Both the position numbers and the translations under genes were made by a program. The notes beneath the pieces are model-generated. The model was not told the DNA's origin, did not search any database, and saw only the letters and a program-made list of their open reading frames with translations. From positions 1,312,001-1,376,000 of the forward strand of contig CAWIKF010000002.1 of the NCBI GenBank assembly GCA_963836755.1: a stretch of 64,000 nucleotides of DNA, in the 5' to 3' direction. Positions 10,431 through 20,314 of the stretch are shown in pieces. This DNA is from an uncultured Verrucomicrobiae bacterium. GTDB lineage: Bacteria; Verrucomicrobiota; Verrucomicrobiia; Chthoniobacterales; Chthoniobacteraceae. Position 1 is the first letter of the stretch; the number at the start of each line of letters is the position of its first letter.

Positions 10431-12014
10431 CTAGGTCTGCGAAGCCGCTGCCACTTTTCCACGCGTGCAGAGGAACTCGATGCCGCTCCAGATCGCATCG
10501 AAGACAAAGAGAGCATAAAGGACGCAGAATGGCTCAAAGACAAAGCGATAGCGCGGATTCACAACACCTGTCAGCAGCACCACGAACCAGACTCCGAGAA
10601 GGGTAATGATCCATGAGACATGAAACCGCCAGAGCGGGGTCGGCCAGAGCATTGCCGCGATCATTCCAAGGAATGCGAGCGCGAAGAAGTAGGAAAGACC
10701 TTGCACAGTGGCTGCGGGATACCTTTGATCGGGAAACCGCGCGTGTAGAGTCAGCTTGTTCCAGTTCCGCTGGAGCGGACTGAACCAGTCAGGTTCCAGC
10801 GGTGGAGAAGTGCGCTCGATGAATGCCTGCACCTCCTGCTTGGTTTTGAGGTCTTTCCCAGTGAGACCTTTGGTCAATCCATAGAGCCACACCTTTCTAG
10901 TATAAGCCGCGAGCTGCTTGTCTTGCACCCAATACTTCGTGTAACCGCCGCTGGTGGGTCCCTTGCAACTCATGAGGAACTTATTCATCGCGATCACCGG
11001 GAGAAGGAAAGGTCTATTCAACGCTGCTTCCACGGCGAGCTTTTGACAAAAGGCGCCGGTCTCGTCGGACCCATTCCCGTTGGCGCTGTAGTATTCACGC
11101 ACCTTGTTGTAGATAGCTTTTTCGGCAGTGGTTAGTTCGGTGCGAACCGTAGGACCCTGGTCAATGTATTGCTGGCGGAGCGGCGCGACCCATGGGCTAA
11201 AGTCAGGAAGAACCTTGGACGTCTCGGGAGCCAAAGGAAGAACCGTGGCATAAAGTAAAAGTCCGGCCTGCGAGCTGCGGCTGCTCAACCAGATCAAACC
11301 GCAAGCCAGCACGGTAATGCCCATCTTTATCGCCCATCTTCTGGTCTCTCCCCAGTAAACAAGCGCCACGAGCAGAATCGCGAAAAGGACGAAGAGCTTT
11401 CCTTCCGGTCGCGAACCGGCGGTGAAAAACAGCGCGACCAGTAATCCGGCAAGGCGGCCGTTCGTCGGCTTCAAAGTCAGCATGGTTCCAACCAGTGCGA
11501 GAGTTATCGCGCAAAAGATATAGTGCGACTCCGCGAGCAGCGCATGTTCATACCAAAGCACCGCCGGATTCAATGTAGTCAGAATCGTCGCTGGAATGAT
11601 GAAGACCTTCCAGTGCCGGAACCATTCGCGCGTCAAAGCTCCAGCCATCACTGTCGTGATCATTCCGAGCAAGTGCTGGAAAAGCGGGATGATCAGCAGT
11701 GCCGGAATTTTTAATAGAAACGGCAGCGTGAAAAGAATGGGCCCGAGAAAGGCCTTTTTGCCGTGCAAAACCAGCGAGTGGTGATGAGCTTGCAACAGCC
11801 GCTGCGTGGTCAGGAGAAAATCCGCAGTGTCGGCCTGCATGTAGCCGTAGGGAAAATGAATGATCAGCCACGCCCGTGCGATGCCGCCGAGGATCAAGGC
11901 CGGCAGGCACCACCAAAGCAATTGCCGAAAGCTGTCACCGCGGATGGCCGCGACCAACGCGGCCCATTGGGTGCGGCAGGTATTGCTTATCTTTTCTTTG
12001 TAAGGTTTAGCCAT
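10431..12014 (-). CDS. Multi-TM GT-C-like protein, paralog 2
   Basis: QADTADF, QHLLG, EHALLAES, RPEG, PRYRFVFEP. Confidence 0.65.
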   Translation of the reverse strand: MAKPYKEKISNTCRTQWAALVAAIRGDSFRQLLWWCLPALILGGIARAWLIIHFPYGYMQADTADFLLTTQRLLQAHHHSLVLHGKKAFLGPILFTLPFLLKIPALLIIPLFQHLLGMITTVMAGALTREWFRHWKVFIIPATILTTLNPAVLWYEHALLAESHYIFCAITLALVGTMLTLKPTNGRLAGLLVALFFTAGSRPEGKLFVLFAILLVALVYWGETRRWAIKMGITVLACGLIWLSSRSSQAGLLLYATVLPLAPETSKVLPDFSPWVAPLRQQYIDQGPTVRTELTTAEKAIYNKVREYYSANGNGSDETGAFCQKLAVEAALNRPFLLPVIAMNKFLMSCKGPTSGGYTKYWVQDKQLAAYTRKVWLYGLTKGLTGKDLKTKQEVQAFIERTSPPLEPDWFSPLQRNWNKLTLHARFPDQRYPAATVQGLSYFFALAFLGMIAAMLWPTPLWRFHVSWIITLLGVWFVVLLTGVVNPRYRFVFEPFCVLYALFVFDAIWSGIEFLCTRGKVAAASQT

Positions 12015-12095
12015 GATAAAGGGATGCGTGTGTGAAAGGGGCGAAGTCTTATCCGACTCCGCAAAAATTCCGGCGGCGCTTTTGAAGGTGGGGCG

Positions 12096-13631
12096 CTATT
12101 TGATTGCAGGTTGCCGGCGAAAAGTAACGATTTTTGTCGCGATAAAATCGCAAAGTATGCCGAGATACAGCAGCCAAAATGGCTCGAGAAAAAGTCGAAA
12201 GCGCGGCCGCACGTTTCCAGTCAGGAAGATCATCGCCGCGATCAGCGCCAGCGTGATTCCCATGCTAATATGCCACGTTTGGAACGGTGATTTGCGCACC
12301 GCTGCGATGCAAAATCCAACGAAGGCTATGGTGTAAATCTGCGGGATGGGCGGCCAGACGACGTGGTCGAACCGCCATTTCTTGCAAGGAAACGAGAACT
12401 TGCGAATCCCCTTTCTCCAATTGTCATGAAGCTTGTTGAACCAAGCCACTTCTGCGGGATAGTGACCCCTCGCGAAGGCGAGTGCCTCTGCCTCGCTGTG
12501 GAATTGACGATTGATGAGCAATTGAAAAATTGCCGGCGAGATTCTTTGGAACCGCGCAAAAAGGCGTAGTTCCTTGCCTCGCGCGACCTTCTTGTCGAGT
12601 TGCGAGCCCGGCAGGTAGTTGATCGGGCTGGCCGCTTTTTTAATGAGCACGCCCAGCGCGGCGACGGGATGCTGCAGGCATGTTTCGACGCCGATGCGAA
12701 AACAAAGTTTGCTTTCGAGCCGAAATTGTTCAGCCGCCGGCACGCCTTCCAGATGGAGATAGCTGCCGGTGACTTTTGCAAGCGCTTCACTCACGTGCAT
12801 CTGCCGCGTGGGAGGAATCTGCAGCCCATCGCTGTCATATTTTTCCCAATCTCGAACGGCCTGTGCTTTCATGGGAGCAATTACGGTTTCAAAACCGGGA
12901 GCGGTGCGAAGATGATCGGGGGTCAAATGAAGCACGGAGCTGTAAAGCAGCCTGCCACCTTCATCGCCGTGGCTCGTGAACATCACGATCAGCATCGCGA
13001 GGAAAATCGGCGTCAAAAATCCAGCCAATCGCAATGGCTGCCGCCATTCATTCAATGCGAGAAGCAGCACGGGAAACAAAATAAAGAAACGTCCCTCAGG
13101 CCGCGTCAGTGCCACGAAAAGGAACGCGACAGCCATGCAGATCGCGCTCGCACGCGTGCGAGCGGCGGCATACCAAACGCCCGTCGCCGCCAGAGCGATG
13201 ATGAAAAAAAGGTAGAACGCTTCCGCCCACATGAAGTGCTCGAAAAAAAGAAAACTGGGATTGATCGCGCAGAGGATCGTCAGCAGCGGAACGAAAACTT
13301 TCCAGAAACGAACCAGCGGCGCGATGATCAGGCCGTAGAGCAGCACCTGCGCGCAGCCGAGCAGATGCTGAACGATTGGAACGACGCCGAGAACGGGCAG
13401 ATGCAGCCCCGCGATCGCGGAGTAAAGAAGCGGCAGAAAAACCGTCTTCTTTTCGTGGATTTCAAACCCCGAATCCTTCTGCAGCGACAGCGCAGTTTTT
13501 AAAAAATCGTAAAGGTCTTCGTTGAAGCAGGCGAGCGGCGCGTCGTGCATCAGCCGGACGCGCACGAAGATCGCGACCAGCAGCGCGGGGACGCAAAAGC
13601 AGAGGACTTTTTTCGTTGGCGGGAAAGTCAT
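12096..13631 (-). CDS. Multi-TM GT-C-like protein, paralog 3
   Basis: NEDLYDF, QHLLG, EHFMWAE, RPEG, PRFRLFLEP. Confidence 0.65.
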   Translation of the reverse strand: MTFPPTKKVLCFCVPALLVAIFVRVRLMHDAPLACFNEDLYDFLKTALSLQKDSGFEIHEKKTVFLPLLYSAIAGLHLPVLGVVPIVQHLLGCAQVLLYGLIIAPLVRFWKVFVPLLTILCAINPSFLFFEHFMWAEAFYLFFIIALAATGVWYAAARTRASAICMAVAFLFVALTRPEGRFFILFPVLLLALNEWRQPLRLAGFLTPIFLAMLIVMFTSHGDEGGRLLYSSVLHLTPDHLRTAPGFETVIAPMKAQAVRDWEKYDSDGLQIPPTRQMHVSEALAKVTGSYLHLEGVPAAEQFRLESKLCFRIGVETCLQHPVAALGVLIKKAASPINYLPGSQLDKKVARGKELRLFARFQRISPAIFQLLINRQFHSEAEALAFARGHYPAEVAWFNKLHDNWRKGIRKFSFPCKKWRFDHVVWPPIPQIYTIAFVGFCIAAVRKSPFQTWHISMGITLALIAAMIFLTGNVRPRFRLFLEPFWLLYLGILCDFIATKIVTFRRQPAIK

Positions 13632-14602
13632 GCGCGCACCGGATCCTCAATCGAACTTTTACGCGAGCGGTGGAAATATTCGCCGGCGAAGGGCGCACCG
13701 CCGATCGCCGGCAAGAGATAGCGCGCCGTGCAAAGAAGACCGAGCGCCGCAGCCGTCACCGCTGGGAAAAACGGCTTGTAAAAAAACACGAGCGCTGCGT
13801 CGCGCGTGCCGACGCCGGCAAAGGTGAGCGGCAGCAAGCCCGCCAAAATCGCAAGCGGCGAAAGCGCGAGACTCGTCAGGAACGGCGTCCAGGCGCGCAG
13901 CGCGAGAATGAACATCCAGATTTGCAGCAAATGCAAAAACCAGATGAAGACTGACGTCGCCGCCACGCATATCAGTTGCACTTTGCTCTTCCAAAAATAG
14001 CCATGCATCTCGCGCCACGCTTCCTGCAGGCGCGCGAGTTTTGCTCCGACCTTTCGCGGCGCGAGGCGCACTCCGCTTTCAAAGAAGAAATGCGCGAACC
14101 GCTGCGAACCAATGAGCAAAAGTCCAAGCGCGAGCCCGCTGAAAATGCAAATCGTCATGGCCCAAAAAAGCCAGTCTTTGCGCGGATAAAGCAGCAGGCC
14201 GAAAACGCACCAGACCAGCAGCGAAAGCATGTCGCACGTCTTTTCAAAAACGACCAGCGCCAGCGAGAGTGAGCCGCTCATGTGCCCGCGCTCGCGCATG
14301 AACCAAGCCTTCGCGATGTCGCCCATTTTTGACGGAAGGATCAAATTCAGCACGCTCGCGACGAGGATCAATTTGTTCGCCTCGCCGAAGCCGAGCTGGC
14401 CTCGCGTCGGCATCAATTGCTGCAAGCGCCACGACGTGAAAAGCGTCAGCGGCACGACCATGCTAAGGCTCAGCGCCATCCACATCCGATCGCATTTCGC
14501 GAAGACCTGCCCGAGCTGCGCGAGCTGGCCGTGCTGGTTCAGCTTCCAATAAATCGCCGCGAGGATCGTGAGGCTGACGACGATGGAGATAATGCGTTTC
14601 AT
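13628..14602 (-). CDS. Lysylphosphatidylglycerol synthase TM / flippase-like (UPF0104) protein
   Basis: NLILPSKMGD and PLTFAGVGTRD signatures, multi-TM. Confidence 0.85.
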   Translation of the reverse strand: MKRIISIVVSLTILAAIYWKLNQHGQLAQLGQVFAKCDRMWMALSLSMVVPLTLFTSWRLQQLMPTRGQLGFGEANKLILVASVLNLILPSKMGDIAKAWFMRERGHMSGSLSLALVVFEKTCDMLSLLVWCVFGLLLYPRKDWLFWAMTICIFSGLALGLLLIGSQRFAHFFFESGVRLAPRKVGAKLARLQEAWREMHGYFWKSKVQLICVAATSVFIWFLHLLQIWMFILALRAWTPFLTSLALSPLAILAGLLPLTFAGVGTRDAALVFFYKPFFPAVTAAALGLLCTARYLLPAIGGAPFAGEYFHRSRKSSIEDPVRA

Positions 14603-14728
14603 TCAAAAATTCGTCAGCACGGATGAACGGACATTGGGATGAATGAAAGGAAAAATATTCATTCGTCTTGATCACTGCTCTCAAGCCTTTTGGCGTAAAA
14701 CCATCGCGGCGAGCACGCGCATTTGTCT

Positions 14729-16315
14729 TTAAAAAGTGCGCTCGACGCGCAAGGGCTCCGTTGCCGGTAGGCCCCGCACTTCTTCAGTCAGATCGAGCCA
14801 CGGCTGCATCTGCCCGGCTTGGAATGTGCGACTCATCACCACGTAGATCGACGTTTGCGCCGCGCCGATTCCGGCGGCTTCCACATGCTCCCATGTCTTG
14901 GCTTTCAACGTGTCGATGACGCGGAGCTGCGCGTCACCCCACGTAATTTTTCGCTCAAAGGAAAAAGGCGCGGATTTTTTGCCCGTGATCAAAATCCCCT
15001 GCAAAAGTTTGCGGACGAGGTTCGGAAAAAATCGCCCGCCGCAAAACATGATCAGCCGCAACACCATGAGGTTAAAGGTCGTCATCTGCTTCGTCTTGGC
15101 CCAGCCGAGTTTGCCGGAGATCGTGATTTCATCGGCCTCGGCGCGGATGTTGTATTTGCCGACGAGATGGCCGACGGCGTTGCGAAGTTTTTTCCCGTCC
15201 TTCACCAGCAGCGAAAGGTGCGTGTCGGATGCGACGAGTTTTTGATCGCGAAAAAACTTCAACGCTCCGCCTTTATTTAAAGCGAGATAAAGCTCGCGGC
15301 CTTTTCCGCGCTCGATCAAAAGCCCCGCGTTTTTGAAAATTTTCGAGTCGGCCGGACGTTTGATTGCAGCTCGCTGCGCGGCAAAATTTTTCCACGCGAG
15401 AAGGTAACTCCACGTGTGATGGCCGATGATGTGATCGTCCGCGAAACAAGGCGCAAGGCCGTTTTGCAGGCCTTTGAGGATTTGGTCATTGATCGCCGTG
15501 GCCGATGGAAGCCAGCGCGCAACCAACTCGAAACCGTGCGGGAAAAAGTTGTAGGTGTTGCGGCTCGTGTATTCGCCGCCGAACGAGCCGTCGGGATGCA
15601 CAAATTCCGCGGCGAACGCGACCGCTTTTTCCAGCGCGACTTTGATTTCATCCGATGGCAGCAGCTCATAAATCTGCGCGAGCAATCCGATCGTGAGCGT
15701 GTGATAGCCGGGATCGGCACCTTCGTATTCCTGAAACCAGCCTTCGTCGTCCTGCCATTTCAGAACGCGATTCAGGCGCTTCTCCTTCGCCTTATCCCAC
15801 ACGGTGGTGCTCAACAGTCGCCCCACTTTTTCAAGGCAAAGAACGATCAGCGCCTGGTGATTTGTCAGCCGGCCGCTCTCGTGATGCCGCGCGAGCCACG
15901 TCGCGCGCAGGTGAAAAAAGCGAAGCATCTCCTCGCTGCTCAACCCGAGCAGCGTGTAACTTTCCACGCACGCGAGCAGCGAAAACGCCGCGGCGCCGCC
16001 CGCTTTTTCAAACGGAAAATAATCGTCGCAAGCGCCATCCGGATGCGCGCTGCGGGCGGCGAAAAGAATGCCCGCCTCGATCCATTCGCGCAAAACTTGG
16101 CGCTGAAAAAATGGATTTTCCGGCGCGTCGCAAGTCAGCGCCAGCGCGAGCGGCCAGACAAATTCCTGCGACATGCCACTCGGGAAATCGATGATTTTGT
16201 AATGCCAGAAATTGCGGTCGAAGCAGCCATACGTCGGGCTGTGCGCGTTCCGATCGAGCAGCGTCAAAATCTTCGGAATCTGCGCCAGCGCCTCACGCGC
16301 GAACAAATCTTTCAT
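14729..16315 (-). CDS. Conserved hypothetical protein, probable alpha/alpha-toroid carbohydrate-modifying enzyme
   Basis: Start MKDLFARE at 16315 (ATGA overlap with upstream GT2); repeated Q/H-x-x-DG-x-F helical-toroid turns (HPDGACD, QDDEGWF, HPDGSFG). Confidence 0.6.
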   Translation of the reverse strand: MKDLFAREALAQIPKILTLLDRNAHSPTYGCFDRNFWHYKIIDFPSGMSQEFVWPLALALTCDAPENPFFQRQVLREWIEAGILFAARSAHPDGACDDYFPFEKAGGAAAFSLLACVESYTLLGLSSEEMLRFFHLRATWLARHHESGRLTNHQALIVLCLEKVGRLLSTTVWDKAKEKRLNRVLKWQDDEGWFQEYEGADPGYHTLTIGLLAQIYELLPSDEIKVALEKAVAFAAEFVHPDGSFGGEYTSRNTYNFFPHGFELVARWLPSATAINDQILKGLQNGLAPCFADDHIIGHHTWSYLLAWKNFAAQRAAIKRPADSKIFKNAGLLIERGKGRELYLALNKGGALKFFRDQKLVASDTHLSLLVKDGKKLRNAVGHLVGKYNIRAEADEITISGKLGWAKTKQMTTFNLMVLRLIMFCGGRFFPNLVRKLLQGILITGKKSAPFSFERKITWGDAQLRVIDTLKAKTWEHVEAAGIGAAQTSIYVVMSRTFQAGQMQPWLDLTEEVRGLPATEPLRVERTF

Positions 16316-17250
16316 CGCAGATCGAGACGCCGCACCCGCACTTGAATGTCCTCGAGCAGCTTGCGATTGAGCGCGATGATGTCCGCGATTACGCCAAAAA
16401 TCAGAAGCTGCACGCCGATCAAAATCAGGATCGCCGCGAGGATCAAACTCGGCACGTGCGCGCGCACCGGATCGCGCAGAAAAAGCATGATCCACCGCAC
16501 GCCAATCGCGACGCCCGCGACGAATGGCAGCGTGCCGCAGATCGTGAAAAACCGGAGCGGTTTGTAGCTGATGAAAATGCGCACGATCGTGAAAATCGAA
16601 CGCTTGATATAAGCGCCCATGCTTTTCATCAGGCGCGACGGGCGCAAAAATGGATTCGTCCGCACCGGCACCGACACGATGCGCATTCCTTTCTGCCCGG
16701 CCTGGATGATCGTCTCGAGCGTGTAGGTGTATGGGCTGAAAACATTCAGCCGCATCGCCGCGTCGCGACTCATCGCGCGGAAGCCGCTCGGCGCATCGGG
16801 AATGTCCGTGCTGCTCGCCACGCGCACGACCCAACTCCCAAGTTTTTGTAGCAATTTTTTGACCGGCGAAAAATGTTCGATCTCGCTGATCGGCCGCGCG
16901 CCGATGACGATCTCCGCCTCTCCGCGGAGAATCGGCGCGACCAACTTTGGGATGTCATCAGCGCAGTATTGATTGTCCGCGTCGGTGTTCACGATCACGT
17001 CCGCATCGGCCCGCAGAGCCGCTTCCAGCCCGGCGAGAAAACCTTTCGCGAGTCCGCGATGCCCGCCGAGATCGACCACGTGATCGACACCGTGCGCACG
17101 CGCGACGGACACGGTTTTGTCCGTGCTGCCGTCGTTGACGATCAGCCATTCCACCTTGTCAAAACCCTCGACCGCGCGCGGCAGCGCAGCGAGCGCTACG
17201 CCGAGCGTCTGCTCCTCGTTGTAGCAAGGTATTTGGATGATCAGCTTCAA
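16312..17250 (-). CDS. GT2 glycosyltransferase
   Basis: IPCYNEE, NDGSTD, DADNQY, PSGFRA motifs; C-terminal TMs. Confidence 0.92.
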   Translation of the reverse strand: MKLIIQIPCYNEEQTLGVALAALPRAVEGFDKVEWLIVNDGSTDKTVSVARAHGVDHVVDLGGHRGLAKGFLAGLEAALRADADVIVNTDADNQYCADDIPKLVAPILRGEAEIVIGARPISEIEHFSPVKKLLQKLGSWVVRVASSTDIPDAPSGFRAMSRDAAMRLNVFSPYTYTLETIIQAGQKGMRIVSVPVRTNPFLRPSRLMKSMGAYIKRSIFTIVRIFISYKPLRFFTICGTLPFVAGVAIGVRWIMLFLRDPVRAHVPSLILAAILILIGVQLLIFGVIADIIALNRKLLEDIQVRVRRLDLR

Positions 17251-17376
17251 ATGTCCCGAGGAAAATTGGGTCGCTGATTATTGTGAAATTGCACGGACCG
17301 CAAAGCTTTTTCCAAGCGGTAACGGAGCGTTAAAAACTTGCCGCAGCCGTGACGCGCGATTAGTCACGCCGCTGTC

Positions 17377-18900
17377 GTGAACCTTGCCCGCACTCAGTTT
17401 TCCCGATGGCTGCCGTTGCTCTCCGTCGCCTTTTGTGTCGCGACTTTCCCGCTCATTTTCGTGAAAGCGATGCTGGAGGGCATCAATCACGACGAGCACC
17501 AATTCATCGCGCCCGCGGTGCTGCTCGCGCGTCACGGATTGCAGCCGTATCGCGACTTTCCGCTCTTTCATCTGCCGGTGCTCACGTTCATTTTCGCCGC
17601 GCTCGACAAAGTTGGCAGCATGCCCTTTTTGCTCGCGCGATCGTTTAACGCTTTGTGCGCCGCGCTTGGTGTTTGCGCCGTCTTTCTTTACGCGAAAAAA
17701 TGTTTGGTCGCGCAAAATCCGGCGTTCCGATTTCTAATTTCACTCGGCTTCGCGCTCATCTTTCTGACGTCAAAACTTTTCGTTTCGACGAACGGTAAAG
17801 CATGGAATCACGACCTGCCGATGCTGCTGACAGTCTGTGCAGTTTGCTTGCACATTCATGCCGTCGTTTCGCGCGAACCCGCATGGATACTGGTCTTGAG
17901 CGGAATCTGCATCGGACTCGCGATTGGCGCGCGATTGACTTACGCGCCGCTGGTCGCGCCGTTCTTCCTGACAATTTTTCTGTTCCCGCAGACGTTGCGG
18001 CAGAGATTCATTTTCGCCGCATGGTTCAGCGCAGCCGTCGCGATCGCGCTGTTGCCGGTCTGGTGGTATTTCGCCACGGTTCGCGAGCAATTTCTTTTCG
18101 ATAACTTTCAATTTCCGCGTTTACGTCTTCTCGATCCGACGGACGAGCGAGCGCATAAAACCGTGAAGCTTTGGCGAAAATTTCGGTTCTTCGCGAAGGA
18201 AGTTGTCTGCAAAGATCCGGCCGTTTTTCTCGCATTCGCGCTCGGACTGCCCGGCCTCCTCCGCGGCGTTCGCTCGCGTGATTTTTCGAGTCTGCTGTTT
18301 GCGAGTTTACTGCCGTTCGTGCTCTATGGCTGCTTCGCGCCGACTCGCTATCAATACCAGCACTTTTACGTCATCGCACCGTTTTGCATCATGGCTGCGG
18401 CGCGCGGTTTTGCGCTCTGGCCATGGCCGCGAGTGCAAAATTGGGTCGCGGGAACTTTGCTTGCACTCGCAATTTGGTCGGTCTCGATGCACGCGCGCTA
18501 TCGCGAAGTCCTTTCAAAATTCGCACATCCGAATGAGTGGGTGACCGTGCAGACGCATCAACTCGGCGTGAAACTCCGCACGTTTGCTGGGGAGGGGAAA
18601 GTGATGACTTTTGCGGCAATCATTCCGCTCGAAGGCGGTCTCGACATTTATCCGGAATTCGCTACGGGGCCTTTCGCGATGCGGCTTGCGCACCTTGTCC
18701 CACCGGCGCGTCGGCTGCAAATGGACCTCGTGGCGCGCGACGACCTCACACGTTTTCTGGATGCGGATCCACCGGTCGCAATTCTGCTGGGGTTCGAGCC
18801 GGAGTTGGAACGGTCGCTAAAAACTTACGCGCGCCGTCACCATTTTCATCTCGCGTTTAAAGATCGCGGCCAGGAATTTTGGATCGCGCCGCCGCGCTGA
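17377..18900 (+). CDS. GT-C fold (ArnT-like) membrane glycosyltransferase
   Basis: NHDE motif, PYRDF..HLP, multiple TMs, C-terminal soluble domain. Confidence 0.8.
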   Translation: MNLARTQFSRWLPLLSVAFCVATFPLIFVKAMLEGINHDEHQFIAPAVLLARHGLQPYRDFPLFHLPVLTFIFAALDKVGSMPFLLARSFNALCAALGVCAVFLYAKKCLVAQNPAFRFLISLGFALIFLTSKLFVSTNGKAWNHDLPMLLTVCAVCLHIHAVVSREPAWILVLSGICIGLAIGARLTYAPLVAPFFLTIFLFPQTLRQRFIFAAWFSAAVAIALLPVWWYFATVREQFLFDNFQFPRLRLLDPTDERAHKTVKLWRKFRFFAKEVVCKDPAVFLAFALGLPGLLRGVRSRDFSSLLFASLLPFVLYGCFAPTRYQYQHFYVIAPFCIMAAARGFALWPWPRVQNWVAGTLLALAIWSVSMHARYREVLSKFAHPNEWVTVQTHQLGVKLRTFAGEGKVMTFAAIIPLEGGLDIYPEFATGPFAMRLAHLVPPARRLQMDLVARDDLTRFLDADPPVAILLGFEPELERSLKTYARRHHFHLAFKDRGQEFWIAPPR

Positions 18901-18903
18901 AAA

Positions 18904-19785
18904 TCAATATTCGCGGTTCAGCAAATGGTCGGCGAGCAGCAGCAGCGTCTCGCTTTTTTTCCCGAATATCTGCACGGATTCTCGCGCTTGATTCGTGAGC
19001 CGCTTCGCCTCGCTGCGAGATTTTTCCAAGCCGAACACCGCCGGGTAAGTCGCCTTTTGTGCGGTGACATCCTTGCCCGCGCTTTTGCCGAGCTTTGCGG
19101 AGGTTTGTGTGACGTCAAGGATGTCGTCGATGATTTGAAATGCGAGGCCGAGCGATTGGCCGAACGTCGTCAGCGCTGCGAGTTTCTTCTCGTTCGCGTT
19201 TGCGCTCATCGCGCCGAGCCGAATCGCCGTGGTCAAAAGCGCGGCGGTTTTTGACCGATGAATAAACTGGAGATCACGCGGTGCGATTTTTTTTCCTTCG
19301 CCTTCCAGGTCAAGAACCTGGCCGGCGATGAGCCAGCGGCTTCCGGCGGCAACGGAGAGCTCGCGGAGCAACGCGGGCATCCGATAGCGCGGCCAACCCT
19401 CCGCTTGCGCCAAAATTTCAAACGCAATCGTCAGCAGCGCGTCGCCGGCGAGCACTGCAATTCCTTCGCCGAAAACTTTGTGACAGGTCGGTCGACCGCG
19501 GCGCAAATCGTCGTCGTCCATGCACGGGAGATCGTCGTGGATCAGCGAATATGTGTGAACGCACTCGACCGCGCACGCGAGTGGCATCGCCTGCGAAGCC
19601 GCTCCACCACAAGCTTCGGCGGCGGCGAGACACAATATTGGGCGCAGCCGTTTCCCACCGGCAAAGAGGCTGTAGCGCATTGCCTCGTGCAAGGTCGCGG
19701 GCTTTGTTGAAGCCTTCGGCAAAAAGCGATGGAGCGCCTTGTCCACGAGCGCTGAGTTGTCCGCGAGATATTTTTCGAGGGGCAT
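18904..19785 (-). CDS. ispA: Polyprenyl (farnesyl/geranylgeranyl) diphosphate synthase
   Basis: GGKRLRP, HDDLPCMDDDDLRRG, FQIIDDILD, GKSAGKD motifs. Confidence 0.93.
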   Translation of the reverse strand: MPLEKYLADNSALVDKALHRFLPKASTKPATLHEAMRYSLFAGGKRLRPILCLAAAEACGGAASQAMPLACAVECVHTYSLIHDDLPCMDDDDLRRGRPTCHKVFGEGIAVLAGDALLTIAFEILAQAEGWPRYRMPALLRELSVAAGSRWLIAGQVLDLEGEGKKIAPRDLQFIHRSKTAALLTTAIRLGAMSANANEKKLAALTTFGQSLGLAFQIIDDILDVTQTSAKLGKSAGKDVTAQKATYPAVFGLEKSRSEAKRLTNQARESVQIFGKKSETLLLLADHLLNREY

Positions 19786-19876
19786 GAAGAGCGCGCACTT
19801 TGGAAATTCGCGCCTTCTTTTTCAACCGCAAAAAAGGTGAACGTCTGCGCAACGTGTTAACGGGCTGCTGAATCCA

Positions 19877-20314
19877 CTATTTCTTCGCCGAACTTTCAGC
19901 CGCGTTCGACTTTGACTCCAGAACCTCGATCCGCACGTTCATGCGGCCTTTTCCGATTAGGTGAATTTTCGCCGCGGCGTCATGACATAAATCGATCGTG
20001 TGCTTTCTGTGCACGCCCCTATCGGTGATGCGGACGACCACGCTGGTTCCGCTTTTCTCATCGGTCACGCGCACGAGCGCGTCGAGCGGTAGAGAGTCCG
20101 ATGCGGCGGTCAGCTCGCCCGGCGCGCGCTCGGCCGCAAGTGAATTTCGGGGAACGTCATACCAAGTCGCGATGGCCTTTTGACTGCGCGTCGGCTCATT
20201 TTCAGAACTCGGTTTGCCGCCCGCCGCGACCGTCGGATTCAAAATGATGGCAACGCTTCCGGCAAGGGCGACGAATGCAGTCAATGTTTTCCAGGCTCTA
20301 ATCAGCGATCGCAT
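19877..20314 (-). CDS. RlpA-family double-psi beta-barrel protein (septal ring lytic transglycosylase-like)
   Basis: ATWY, LTAA..SLP, VVVRITDRG, IDL..AA motifs; signal-like N-terminus. Confidence 0.8.
   Translation of the reverse strand: MRSLIRAWKTLTAFVALAGSVAIILNPTVAAGGKPSSENEPTRSQKAIATWYDVPRNSLAAERAPGELTAASDSLPLDALVRVTDEKSGTSVVVRITDRGVHRKHTIDLCHDAAAKIHLIGKGRMNVRIEVLESKSNAAESSAKK

Noticed and set aside
14638..14667. Hairpin GATGAATGAA-N10-TTCATTCGTC as a terminator
   Set aside because: AT-rich stem with a long loop and no U-tract, inside an apparent operon. Not enough support.
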